From Alphaproteobacteria bacterium (GTDB lineage Bacteria > Pseudomonadota > Alphaproteobacteria > Rhodospirillales > Magnetospirillaceae), in contig JADFZP010000002.1 in assembly GCA_015232485.1 (NCBI GenBank), forward strand, positions 1-30,990: DNA of 30,990 nucleotides, in the 5' to 3' direction. The notes beneath the pieces are model-generated. The model saw only the letters and a program-made list of their open reading frames with translations, was not told the DNA's origin and ran no database searches. Positions within the stretch are counted from its first letter, which is position 1. Each line of letters begins with the position of its first letter. The translations under genes and the position numbers were made by a program. This document shows, in pieces, positions 21,114 through 30,990 of this stretch.

Positions 21114-21362
21114 GCAGGGACGCCGATTCCCACATCAATTCCTTCGCGGGCGGGATGCAACAATCGCAAGCGGCCCGCCAGTCCTTGGGCGCGGACCCGC
21201 ACAGCGGATCATTAGATGTACCTAATGAATTGGGCACCACAATTCTTGCCGACGACTTGGAGCGATCCAAACCGGCCTTTGGCGAATCCTTGGAAATTTC
21301 TTTTTTGCTTGACAACGGGATGGCCGGAGAATTGCGGACGCCTTGCGTCGCCTGTTCCGGGC

Positions 21363-21438
21363 TGGTGGGCGGTGACGGGATCGAACCGCCGACATCCTGC
21401 GTGTAAAGCAGGCGCTCTGCCAGCTGAGCTAACCGCCC
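21363..21438 (-). tRNA. tRNA-Val (TAC), 76 nt, encoded CCA
   Basis: GGGCGGTTAGCTCAGCTGGCAGAGC-GCCTGC-TT-TAC-AC-GCAGG...GGTTCGATCCCGTCACCGCCCACCA. Confidence 0.97.
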
Positions 21439-21446
21439 GTCCCGCC

Positions 21447-21475
21447 AGCTTAGAAGCCCCGCTCCGCCATGGCAA
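21447..21475 (-). promoter_or_regulatory. Putative sigma70 promoter for tRNA-Val
   Basis: TTGCCA-N17-TAAGCT, 8 nt before the tRNA 5' end. Confidence 0.65.
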
Positions 21476-21482
21476 GACGGGG

Positions 21483-21516
21483 AAAAACGAAAACCGGCCG
21501 CTTCCTGCGGCCGGTT
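21483..21516 (-). terminator. Intrinsic terminator after the HU gene
   Basis: AACCGGCCGC-AGGAA-GCGGCCGGTT followed by TTCGTTTTT. Confidence 0.8.
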
Positions 21517-21541
21517 CGTCAAATTCGGTCGTACCCCAGAC

Positions 21542-21814
21542 TTACTGGACCGATTCCTTCAACCCCTTGCCGGCCTTGAACTTCGGCTGCTTCGATGCCG
21601 GAATCTTGATGGTTTCACCGGTGCGAGGGTTACGCCCCTCGGTCGCCGCACGCTCAGCCACGGCGAACGTGCCGAACCCCACCAAGCGAACCTCGTCCCC
21701 CTTCTTCAGGGCATCGCTGATCGCCTGGAACACACCGTCAACCGCCTTCGACGCGTCGGTCTTCGACAGGCCGGTGCTGCTGGCAACCATCGCCACGAGA
21801 TCATTCTTGTTCAC
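21542..21814 (-). CDS. hupB: DNA-binding protein HU, 90 aa
   Basis: MNKNDLV..., VGFGTF, GRNPRTGETIKI, PKFKAGKGLK; GTG start; located downstream of lon. Confidence 0.95.
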   Translation of the reverse strand: MNKNDLVAMVASSTGLSKTDASKAVDGVFQAISDALKKGDEVRLVGFGTFAVAERAATEGRNPRTGETIKIPASKQPKFKAGKGLKESVQ

Positions 21815-21879
21815 TGAGACCCCCTTTTCGCTAAAACTAACTAATGGCCAGTCCTGATCCCCAGTTCATGTTTTCGCGC

Positions 21880-21909
21880 AGTCTAAATCGCCTATCCGAC
21901 TTGCGTCAA
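21880..21909 (-). promoter_or_regulatory. Putative sigma70 promoter for HU
   Basis: TTGACG-N18-TAGACT. Confidence 0.5.
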
Positions 21910-21964
21910 CCGCGTCAGCCCCGGAATCGTGCGATTTTTAGCCCCTTCGAGTGCCGCATCGCAA

Positions 21965-21994
21965 ACGGCCGCCACCCGGGTGGGTGACGGCCGT
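21965..21994 (-). terminator. Terminator-like hairpin after lon
   Basis: ACGGCCGTCACCC-ACCC-GGGTGGCGGCCGT (13 bp, one G-U), with only a short T tract. Confidence 0.5.
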
Positions 21995-22012
21995 CGAAAT
22001 ACGCTGCGGATA

Positions 22013-24430
<2,418 letters not shown>

Positions 24431-24488
24431 GGTACCTCGTAATTGTTCGGGGCCCTATGCCGGGCCGGACTATCGGCAATACCGAACT

Positions 24489-24528
24489 AAAGTGGCCCCA
24501 TCACCCCTCCCTCTTCAAGGGGTGATGG
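24489..24528 (-). promoter_or_regulatory. 11-bp inverted repeat overlapping a possible RpoH-type promoter of lon
   Basis: CCATCACCCCT-N9-AGGGGTGATGG (24498-24528); CTTGAA at 24519-24514 and CCACTTT at 24495-24489 (18-nt spacing, longer than usual). Confidence 0.35.
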
Positions 24529-24541
24529 TACCCAAATCCGG

Positions 24542-25807
24542 TTATGCGCTGGAGCCGACGTCCTCACGCCGGTCGGCGTAGATGAAAAGCGGCTGCGACC
24601 GTCCCTCGGCCACTTCCTTGTTGATGACCACCTCCTCGACGCTGTCGAGGGTGGGAAGATCGAACATCGTGTCGAGCAGAATCTGCTCCATGATCGAGCG
24701 CAGACCACGCGCTCCCGTCTTGCGGGCGATGGCCTTGATCGCGATGGCCTTCAGCGCGTCTTCATTGAAGCTGAGCTGAACGTCCTCCATCTCGAACAGG
24801 CGCTGGTATTGCTTGACCAGGGCGTTCTTCGGCTTGGACAGGATGTCGACCAAGGCCTGCTCGTCGAGATCCGAAAGCGTGGCGATCACCGGCAGGCGGC
24901 CGACGAATTCCGGGATCAGGCCGAACTTCAGCAGATCCTCGGGTTCCACCTCGCGCAGGATCTCGCCGGTCTGGCGCTCGTCGGGGCCGCGCACGTCGGC
25001 GCCGAAGCCGATCGAGGTGCCCTTGCCGCGCTGCGAGATGATCCGCTCCAACCCGGCGAAGGCACCGCCGCAGATGAACAGGATGTTGGTGGTGTCGACT
25101 TGCAGGAATTCCTGCTGGGGGTGCTTGCGCCCGCCTTGCGGCGGCACCGAGGCCACGGTGCCCTCCATGATCTTCAGCAGCGCCTGCTGGACGCCCTCGC
25201 CCGACACGTCGCGCGTGATCGAGGGGTTGTCCGACTTGCGCGAGATCTTGTCGACCTCGTCGATGTAGACGATGCCGCGTTGCGCGCGCTCGACATTGTA
25301 GTCGGCCGATTGCAGCAGCTTCAGGATGATGTTCTCGACGTCCTCGCCGACATAGCCCGCCTCGGTCAGCGTGGTCGCGTCGGCCATCGTGAACGGCACG
25401 TCGAGGATGCGGGCCAGCGTCTGCGCGAGCAGCGTCTTGCCGCAGCCGGTGGGGCCGACCAGCAGGATGTTCGACTTGGCCAGCTCGACATCGTTGGTCT
25501 TCGAGCTGTGGCTGAGCCGCTTGTAGTGATTGTGGACCGCCACCGCCAAAACCTTCTTGGCGTGCGACTGGCCGATCACATAGTCGTCGAGCACGGCGCA
25601 GATGTCGCGCGGGGACGGAACACCGTCCCGCGAACGCACGAGATGCGTCTTGTGCTCCTCGCGGATGATGTCCATGCACAGCTCGACGCATTCATCGCAG
25701 ATGAACACGGTCGGCCCGGCGATGAGCTTCCGCACCTCATGCTGACTCTTTCCGCAGAAGGAGCAGTAGAGGGTGTTCTTGGAATCGCCGCTCGTGGACT
25801 TTGTCAT
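24542..25807 (-). CDS. clpX: ATP-dependent Clp protease ATP-binding subunit ClpX, 421 aa
   Basis: Zn-binding domain CSFCGK...[21 protein letters not shown] loop, GARGLRS. Confidence 0.98.
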   Translation of the reverse strand: MTKSTSGDSKNTLYCSFCGKSQHEVRKLIAGPTVFICDECVELCMDIIREEHKTHLVRSRDGVPSPRDICAVLDDYVIGQSHAKKVLAVAVHNHYKRLSHSSKTNDVELAKSNILLVGPTGCGKTLLAQTLARILDVPFTMADATTLTEAGYVGEDVENIILKLLQSADYNVERAQRGIVYIDEVDKISRKSDNPSITRDVSGEGVQQALLKIMEGTVASVPPQGGRKHPQQEFLQVDTTNILFICGGAFAGLERIISQRGKGTSIGFGADVRGPDERQTGEILREVEPEDLLKFGLIPEFVGRLPVIATLSDLDEQALVDILSKPKNALVKQYQRLFEMEDVQLSFNEDALKAIAIKAIARKTGARGLRSIMEQILLDTMFDLPTLDSVEEVVINKEVAEGRSQPLFIYADRREDVGSSA

Positions 25808-25847
25808 CGGATCTCCGTCGAAAAAATAAGCGGCCGCTTTGAATTTC

Positions 25848-25877
25848 ATGCTAGCCGCTCAGGCCGCCGCCTGACAA
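25848..25877 (-). promoter_or_regulatory. Putative sigma70 promoter for clpX
   Basis: TTGTCA-N18-TAGCAT, 40 nt upstream of ATG 25807. Confidence 0.45.
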
Positions 25878-25962
25878 TGCCAAAAACAAACCGACGCGCG
25901 CGGCCCCCCGCGGGTTCACTCGCCCACGGGGACCACGAAGTCGCGCCTGGCTGGCGGGCTTG

Positions 25963-26604
25963 TCAGACGCTGCTCTTCTGGTCCCCCTCGCGGGGCGGGC
26001 GGCTGGCCACCACCTCGTCGATCAGGCCGAATTCCTTGGCCTCCGGCGAGGTCATGTATTTGTCCCGTTCCATCGCCCGTTCGATCACGTCGAGCGTCTG
26101 TCCGGTGTGCTGAACGTAGATATTGTTGAGCCGGGCCCTGAGCGCAAGGATTTCACGGGCCTGGATCTCGATGTCGGTGGCCTGGCCCTGCGCGCCGCCG
26201 GAAGGCTGGTGGATCATGATCCGCGCGTTGGGCAGCGCATAGCGCTTGCCGGCGGCGCCGGCGGCCAGGAGCAGCGAGCCCATCGAGGCCGCCTGCCCGA
26301 TGCACACCGTCGAGACCGCCGGGCGGATGTACTGCATGGTGTCGTAGATGGCCATGCCCGAGGTGACCACGCCGCCCGGCGAATTGATGTAGAACGAGAT
26401 GTCCTTGCTCGGGTTCTCGGATTCGAGGAACAGGAGCTGGGCGCAGATCAGGCTGGCCACTCCGTCGTGGACCGCGCCGGTCAGGAAGATGATCCGCTCT
26501 TTGAGCAAGCGCGAATAGATGTCGTAGGCGCGCTCGCCCCGGTTGGTCTGCTCGACCACCATCGGGACCAGGGTGTTCATGTAAACGTCGATCGGATCTC
26601 TCAT
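25963..26604 (-). CDS. clpP: ATP-dependent Clp protease proteolytic subunit, 213 aa
   Basis: [29 protein letters not shown] (catalytic Ser), MIHQP (catalytic His). Confidence 0.98.
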   Translation of the reverse strand: MRDPIDVYMNTLVPMVVEQTNRGERAYDIYSRLLKERIIFLTGAVHDGVASLICAQLLFLESENPSKDISFYINSPGGVVTSGMAIYDTMQYIRPAVSTVCIGQAASMGSLLLAAGAAGKRYALPNARIMIHQPSGGAQGQATDIEIQAREILALRARLNNIYVQHTGQTLDVIERAMERDKYMTSPEAKEFGLIDEVVASRPPREGDQKSSV

Positions 26605-26743
26605 TCGCGGGTCCTTCCGTTCGATCGGAGGGCCGGGAACTCGGGCGCCGTGTCGCGCGAGTTCCCGGGCTCGACTCCGAGGGCTTCGGCGGCCTTTTGA
26701 TCGGCCGCCCTCGTTCTTCGGCTTCGCCTCCGAATCGGCCGGA

Positions 26744-28072
26744 TTACGCTTCGGCGTCCGGGTCCGTCATCAGCTCCGCCGGAGGGACCGGCTTGTCCGT
26801 CACCTTGGCCAGCCCGAGGATGTGGTCGATGACCTTGTCCTCGTAAATCGGGGCGCGCAGCGAATTCATCGCGTCCTGATTCTTCTGGTAGTACTGGAAC
26901 ACCAGGTGCTCCTGGCCGGGGAACCGGCGCGCCTCGTTCATCAGCGCGCGGTTCAGATCCTCCTGCGTGACGGAGATATTGGCGCGCTGCCCCACCTCGG
27001 ACAAGAGCAGGCCAAGCCGCACACGGCGTTCGGCGATGCCGCGATACTCGGCCTTCAGTTCGTCGTCGGTCTTGTTCTTGTCGTCGTCGTCGAGCTTGCC
27101 TTCGGCCTTGCCCTGCTCGATCTGCTTCCAGATCGCGCCGAATTCGAGGTCGAGCATGCCCTGCGGCACGGCGAAGTCGTGGCGTTCGGCCAACACGTCG
27201 AGCAAGGCGCGCTTGGCGCGGCCCCGCGAACGGTTGGCGTAGTCGCGCGAGAACTCCTCGCGCAGCGCCTTCTTCAGCGCCTCGAGGTCGTCGAGGCCCA
27301 TGCCCTTGGCCAGTTCGTCGTCGACCGGCGCGGGCACCTGACGGCGCAGTTCCTTGACCTTGACGTCGAACTCGACCGGCTGGCCGGCCAGTTCCTTGTT
27401 GCCGTAGGCCTCGGGGAAGGTGACGCGGACCACCACGTCCTGGCCCGGCTCGACGCCGACCAGTTGCTCCTCGAAGCCCGGAATGAACATGCCCGAGCCC
27501 AGCACCAGCTCGAAATCCTCGGACGAGCCGCCGGCGAAAGCCACGCCGTCGCGCTTGCCCAGGAAGTCGATCAGCACCACGTCGCCATTCTCGGCCTTGC
27601 GCGTCTCTTCGATCTTTTCCGAGGATTTGCGTCGCTCCGCCAGTTGGCCGAGCGCCTTTTCGATCTCGTCGTCGGGCACTTCGGCCACCGGGCGCTCGAT
27701 CTCGATGGTGGTCAGATCGACCGGCTCGATCTCGGGTAGGCTCTCGACCGCCACCGTGAATTCGAGATCCTTGCCATCGCCATAGGCGGTGATTTCGATC
27801 TTGGGCTGCATCGCGGGCTTCAGCGCGTTGTCCTCGATGGCCTTGGTGGTGCCCTCGTTCACGGCCGATTCGAGAATCTCGCCGGTGACCGAGGTGGCGT
27901 ATTTCTTGCGCAGCAGCGCGAGCGGCGCCTTGCCGGGGCGGAAGCCCGGAAGCTGGGTCTTCTTGCCGATCTCGACGAGACGGCCGACCACCATTTCCTC
28001 GATCTTGCCCGCGGGAACGACGACCTTGAACTCGCGCTTGAGGCCGTCAGCATTGGTTTGGGTGACTTGCAT
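26744..28072 (-). CDS. tig: Trigger factor, 442 aa
   Basis: Ribosome-binding signature [13 protein letters not shown]-type [25 protein letters not shown]. Confidence 0.97.
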   Translation of the reverse strand: MQVTQTNADGLKREFKVVVPAGKIEEMVVGRLVEIGKKTQLPGFRPGKAPLALLRKKYATSVTGEILESAVNEGTTKAIEDNALKPAMQPKIEITAYGDGKDLEFTVAVESLPEIEPVDLTTIEIERPVAEVPDDEIEKALGQLAERRKSSEKIEETRKAENGDVVLIDFLGKRDGVAFAGGSSEDFELVLGSGMFIPGFEEQLVGVEPGQDVVVRVTFPEAYGNKELAGQPVEFDVKVKELRRQVPAPVDDELAKGMGLDDLEALKKALREEFSRDYANRSRGRAKRALLDVLAERHDFAVPQGMLDLEFGAIWKQIEQGKAEGKLDDDDKNKTDDELKAEYRGIAERRVRLGLLLSEVGQRANISVTQEDLNRALMNEARRFPGQEHLVFQYYQKNQDAMNSLRAPIYEDKVIDHILGLAKVTDKPVPPAELMTDPDAEA

Positions 28073-28148
28073 CAATTCTCTGCCAATCGGTGAACGTCGA
28101 AGTTGCGCGTGCCGAAGCCGGCCGCAGGTGATTTCCTTGTAAGGGCGG

Positions 28149-28233
28149 TGGTGCGGACGAAGGGACTTGAACCCCCATGGCTTGCGCCGCTGGAACCTAA
28201 ATCCAGTGTGTCTACCAGTTCCACCACGCCCGC
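28149..28233 (-). tRNA. tRNA-Leu (TAG), 85 nt, long variable arm, encoded CCA
   Basis: GCGGGCGTGGTGGAACTGGTAGACACA-CTGGA-TT-TAG-GT-TCCAG-CGGCGCAAGCCATGGGGGTTCAAGTCCCTTCGTCCGCACCA. Confidence 0.97.
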
Positions 28234-28277
28234 AAGGCCCTGGTCGGAGCGAACCGCCCGCCGGAGGCGAGTTCTAT

Positions 28278-28307
28278 ATCATAGTGTTTTGCGGTGAAAC
28301 AGGTCAA
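28278..28307 (-). promoter_or_regulatory. Putative sigma70 promoter for tRNA-Leu (and probably tig)
   Basis: TTGACC-N18-TATGAT; no terminator seen between tRNA-Leu and tig. Confidence 0.55.
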
Positions 28308-28433
28308 AACCCGCCCCCCTCGAAAAGCGTGGCCGACAGGAGTACCACTTTAGCGCCATCAACCAAGGGCTTTTCGCGTCGTGTTCGATGGTGTAAGAAG
28401 CCTCATACGAAAGTTTACCCTCGGAGCACCCCC

Positions 28434-29768
28434 ATGCAAGCCGATCTCGACCGCTCGGGCCGCCTGTCCTTCCTCAAGATCGACGACCAGACCCGCCGCG
28501 CCCTCCAGGAGCTTAGGCCGCTGGTCGACCGTCATATCGACGACGTGCTCGAGGGGTTCTATCGCCACGTCGCGAGCGTGCCGTCCATCTCGACCATGTT
28601 CCAGACCAGGGACATGATGGCGCGGGCGCGCGCGATGCAGCGCCAACACTGGATCGACAACCTGTTCACCGGCGAGTTCGGCGACAACTATTTCGCCCAA
28701 GTCGTCAAGATCGGCGAGACGCACGAGCGGATCGGCCTCGAGCCGCGCTGGTATCTGGCCGGCTATTGCTACACGCTGAACCGCCTCGTCGAGGTGGTGG
28801 TCCAAGCCTATCGCAAGAAGCCCGAGCGCGCCGCCGAACTGGTCGCGGCGCTCAACAAGGGCCTGTTCCTCGACATGGACCTCGCCATCTCGGTCTATAT
28901 CCAAAGCTCGAAGGAGACGGCGGCGCGCACCCTCGACGGGCACGCCGACACCTTCGAAAGCGAGATCCACGGCATGGTCGAGATCGTCGCCTCGGCCGCC
29001 ACCGAACTGCAAAGCACGGCGCAGTCGATGGCCGCCACCGCCGACGAGACCAGCCGCCAAGCCACCGCCGTCGCCGCCGCCGCCGAGGAGGCCGCGACCA
29101 ACGTGCAGACCGTGGCGGCCGCCGCCGAGGAATTGACCAGCTCGATCCACGAGATCAGCCGCCAAGTCTCGCAATCGACCCAGATCGCCGGCGCGGCCGT
29201 CGAAGAGACCAAGCGCACCAACCAACTCGTCCAAGGGCTGGCCGACGCCGCCAGCCGCATCGGCGAGGTGGTGAAGCTGATCAACGACATCGCCAGCCAG
29301 ACCAACCTGCTGGCCCTGAACGCCACCATCGAGGCGGCGCGGGCCGGCGACGCCGGCAAGGGCTTCGCGGTGGTCGCCAACGAGGTCAAGAGCTTGGCCA
29401 ATCAGACCGCTCGGGCCACCGAAGAGATCGCCCAGCAGATCGGCGCCGTGCAGGGCGCCACCAAGGAGGCCGTCAGCGCCATCCGCGGCATCGGCGGCAC
29501 CGTCGAGCGGATCAACGAAATCGCCTCGGCGATCGCCGCCGCCGTCGAGGAACAGGGCGCCGCCACCCAGGAAATCGCCCGCAACGTCCAGCAAGCCGCC
29601 GCCGGCACGTCCGAGGTGACCCAAAACATCACCGCGGTGACCCAGGCGGCCGGCGAAACCGGCCACGCCGCCGGCGAGGTGCTGAGCGCCGCCGCCGAAC
29701 TGTCCCGCCAGTCCGAACGCCTGTCCGGTCAGGTGAGCGGGTTCCTGCACACCATCCGCACGCACTGA
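28434..29768 (+). CDS. Globin-coupled methyl-accepting chemotaxis protein (HemAT-like, soluble), 444 aa
   Basis: N-terminal sensor globin (EGFYRHV; [20 protein letters not shown] with the proximal His) and the MCP signalling motif [40 protein letters not shown]. No transmembrane segment. GGAG SD before ATG 28434. Confidence 0.92.
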   Translation: MQADLDRSGRLSFLKIDDQTRRALQELRPLVDRHIDDVLEGFYRHVASVPSISTMFQTRDMMARARAMQRQHWIDNLFTGEFGDNYFAQVVKIGETHERIGLEPRWYLAGYCYTLNRLVEVVVQAYRKKPERAAELVAALNKGLFLDMDLAISVYIQSSKETAARTLDGHADTFESEIHGMVEIVASAATELQSTAQSMAATADETSRQATAVAAAAEEAATNVQTVAAAAEELTSSIHEISRQVSQSTQIAGAAVEETKRTNQLVQGLADAASRIGEVVKLINDIASQTNLLALNATIEAARAGDAGKGFAVVANEVKSLANQTARATEEIAQQIGAVQGATKEAVSAIRGIGGTVERINEIASAIAAAVEEQGAATQEIARNVQQAAAGTSEVTQNITAVTQAAGETGHAAGEVLSAAAELSRQSERLSGQVSGFLHTIRTH

Positions 29769-29771
29769 TTA

Positions 29772-29876
29772 TGTTCGTCCCTCGCCGGGCGCGCGCGTGC
29801 CGCGCGCTTGGCCGCCGCCACTGAGTCTTGTTCGTCCCTCGCCGGGCGCGCGCGTGCCGCGCGCTTGGCCGCCGCC
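29772..29876. repeat. Two identical 48-bp direct repeats (29772-29819, 29829-29876), REP-like
   Basis: TGTTCGTCCCTCGCCGGGCGCGCGCGTGCCGCGCGCTTGGCCGCCGCC twice, with a 9-bp spacer ACTGAGTCT; internal hairpin GCGCGCG-TGC-CGCGCGC in each copy. Confidence 0.9.
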
Positions 29877-29904
29877 TCAATGGCGGCTGGTTGGGTTCGG
29901 GGGT

Positions 29905-30990
29905 TCAGCCTTTGAGCAGCGCGCGGATGGCCGGTGAGACGACCACCCGGCCGGCGCCGCTGTACGTCTCGTGGTTCTGGTCGATCTCGGTCAGCTTGTA
30001 GAGATAGTTCACCATCAGCCCGGCCGACTGGGCGATGCCCTTGGGCGACACGTCGCCCAGCCAATCGATTCGCTCGATCCGCGCGCCGTTGCTCAGGTGG
30101 AAATGCGCCACCGGGTCGAGCGCCCGGCCGTCCCCGTTGTTGCGCTTCGCCTCGGCCAGATAGCGGGCGCACAGGCGGACCAGCGGTCCTTCGAGCGCCG
30201 ACTTCAGATCGTCGTCGCGGTGCCAATCGGGCGTGGCGAGCAGGGTTTTCAGGCTGCCCTTGGCGCCGCGCTGGCGCGCCGCCTTGGTCAGCAGGCGGTG
30301 CTCGGCGGCGGTCAGCAGGCCGGGCTCGCCTTCCGCCAGCCGCTCGTCCAGCCAAGCGCGGAAGCCGGGCACCGGCGACAGCGTGGCGAAGGTCTTCAGG
30401 TTCTTGAACTCGCCGGCCAGACTGTCGACCACCCGCTTGATCAGGAAATTGCCAAAGCTGATTCCGGCCAAGCCCTTCTGCGCGTTGGAGATGGAATAGA
30501 AGATCGCGGTGTCCGCCCTGGCCGGATCGTCGACCGGCGCCGCCAGATCGAGCAGCGCCTGGATGTTGCCGGCGATGCCGCGCACCAGCGCCACCTCGAC
30601 GAAGATCAGCGGCTCGTCGGGCATGCGGGGATGGAAATAGGCGTACAGCCGACGATCCGAATCGAGCCGGTTCTTGAGGTCGTCCCAACTGCGGATCGCA
30701 TGCACCGCCTCGTAGAGCATGATTTTTTCCAGCACCAGGGCCGGCGTCCGCCAGGTCAGCCGCCGCAATTCGAGAAAGCCCACGTCGAACCACGAGACGA
30801 GCAGCGACTTCAGATCGGCCTCGAGCGGCGCCAGACCGGGATCGGCGCGCAGCAGGGCCAGGATCTCGGCCCGCATGTCGACCAGGAACTTCACGCCGTC
30901 GGGCAGCGCGTTGAACTGGGTGAGCAGGCGCAGGCGCGGCGCCTCGAGCGCGGCGCGCAATCTCCGCCCGGCCGCCTCGCGCGCCACCGG
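29905..30990 (-). CDS. matA: Malonyl-CoA decarboxylase (5' part lies beyond the right edge)
   Basis: EAVHAIRSW, FHPRMPDEPLIFVEVAL, AIFYSISNAQKGLAGISFGNFLIKRVV, TLSPVPGF, DPVAHFHLSNGA, MVNYLY. Confidence 0.93.
   Translation of the reverse strand, partial: PVAREAAGRRLRAALEAPRLRLLTQFNALPDGVKFLVDMRAEILALLRADPGLAPLEADLKSLLVSWFDVGFLELRRLTWRTPALVLEKIMLYEAVHAIRSWDDLKNRLDSDRRLYAYFHPRMPDEPLIFVEVALVRGIAGNIQALLDLAAPVDDPARADTAIFYSISNAQKGLAGISFGNFLIKRVVDSLAGEFKNLKTFATLSPVPGFRAWLDERLAEGEPGLLTAAEHRLLTKAARQRGAKGSLKTLLATPDWHRDDDLKSALEGPLVRLCARYLAEAKRNNGDGRALDPVAHFHLSNGARIERIDWLGDVSPKGIAQSAGLMVNYLYKLTEIDQNHETYSGAGRVVVSPAIRALLKG

Noticed and set aside
21309-21337. Plus-strand TTGACA with an A/T-rich UP-like tract, pointing antisense into tRNA-Val
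   Set aside because: No TAnnnT-like -10 at 16-18 nt spacing.
25828-25839. AAGCGGCCGCTT palindrome followed by a T run in the clpX leader, resembling an attenuator
   Set aside because: A loop-less palindrome gives at best a 4-bp stem, too weak to call a terminator.
29772-29876. CRISPR array
   Set aside because: Only two repeats, 48 bp long with a 9-bp spacer, and no cas genes in the window.
29729-30793. 354-aa minus-strand ORF that reads through the tandem repeat
   Set aside because: Alternative frame inside the malonyl-CoA decarboxylase gene, Arg/Ala/Gly-rich with no motif support.

Overview
High-GC alphaproteobacterial core-genome window; the gene order suggests Rhodospirillales (inference). 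On the minus strand it carries tRNA-Leu(TAG), tig, clpP, clpX, lon, HU, tRNA-Val(TAC), tRNA-Asp(GTC), a complete 14-gene nuoA-N complex I operon, then birA, coaX, rnj, mce and tag. At the left end are a partial LysM lipoprotein, a secreted hypothetical protein and an AzgA/NCS2 purine permease. At the right end are a soluble globin-coupled chemoreceptor, a 48-bp tandem REP-like repeat and a partial malonyl-CoA decarboxylase. All complete genes look intact, and I saw no mobile element, CRISPR array or defence system. The most promising unexplained signal is a candidate stand-alone ~135-nt sRNA (about 2424-2557) between two convergent genes. It has its own sigma70-like promoter, a perfect 12-bp palindrome in the promoter spacer, a GANTC site on the -35, a CtrA-like box upstream and a strong intrinsic terminator. 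Other leads are an 18-aa ORF bridging nuoI and nuoJ, a thermometer-like clpP leader and the tandem repeat. Coordinates and folds were worked out by eye; no database searches or folding programs were run.
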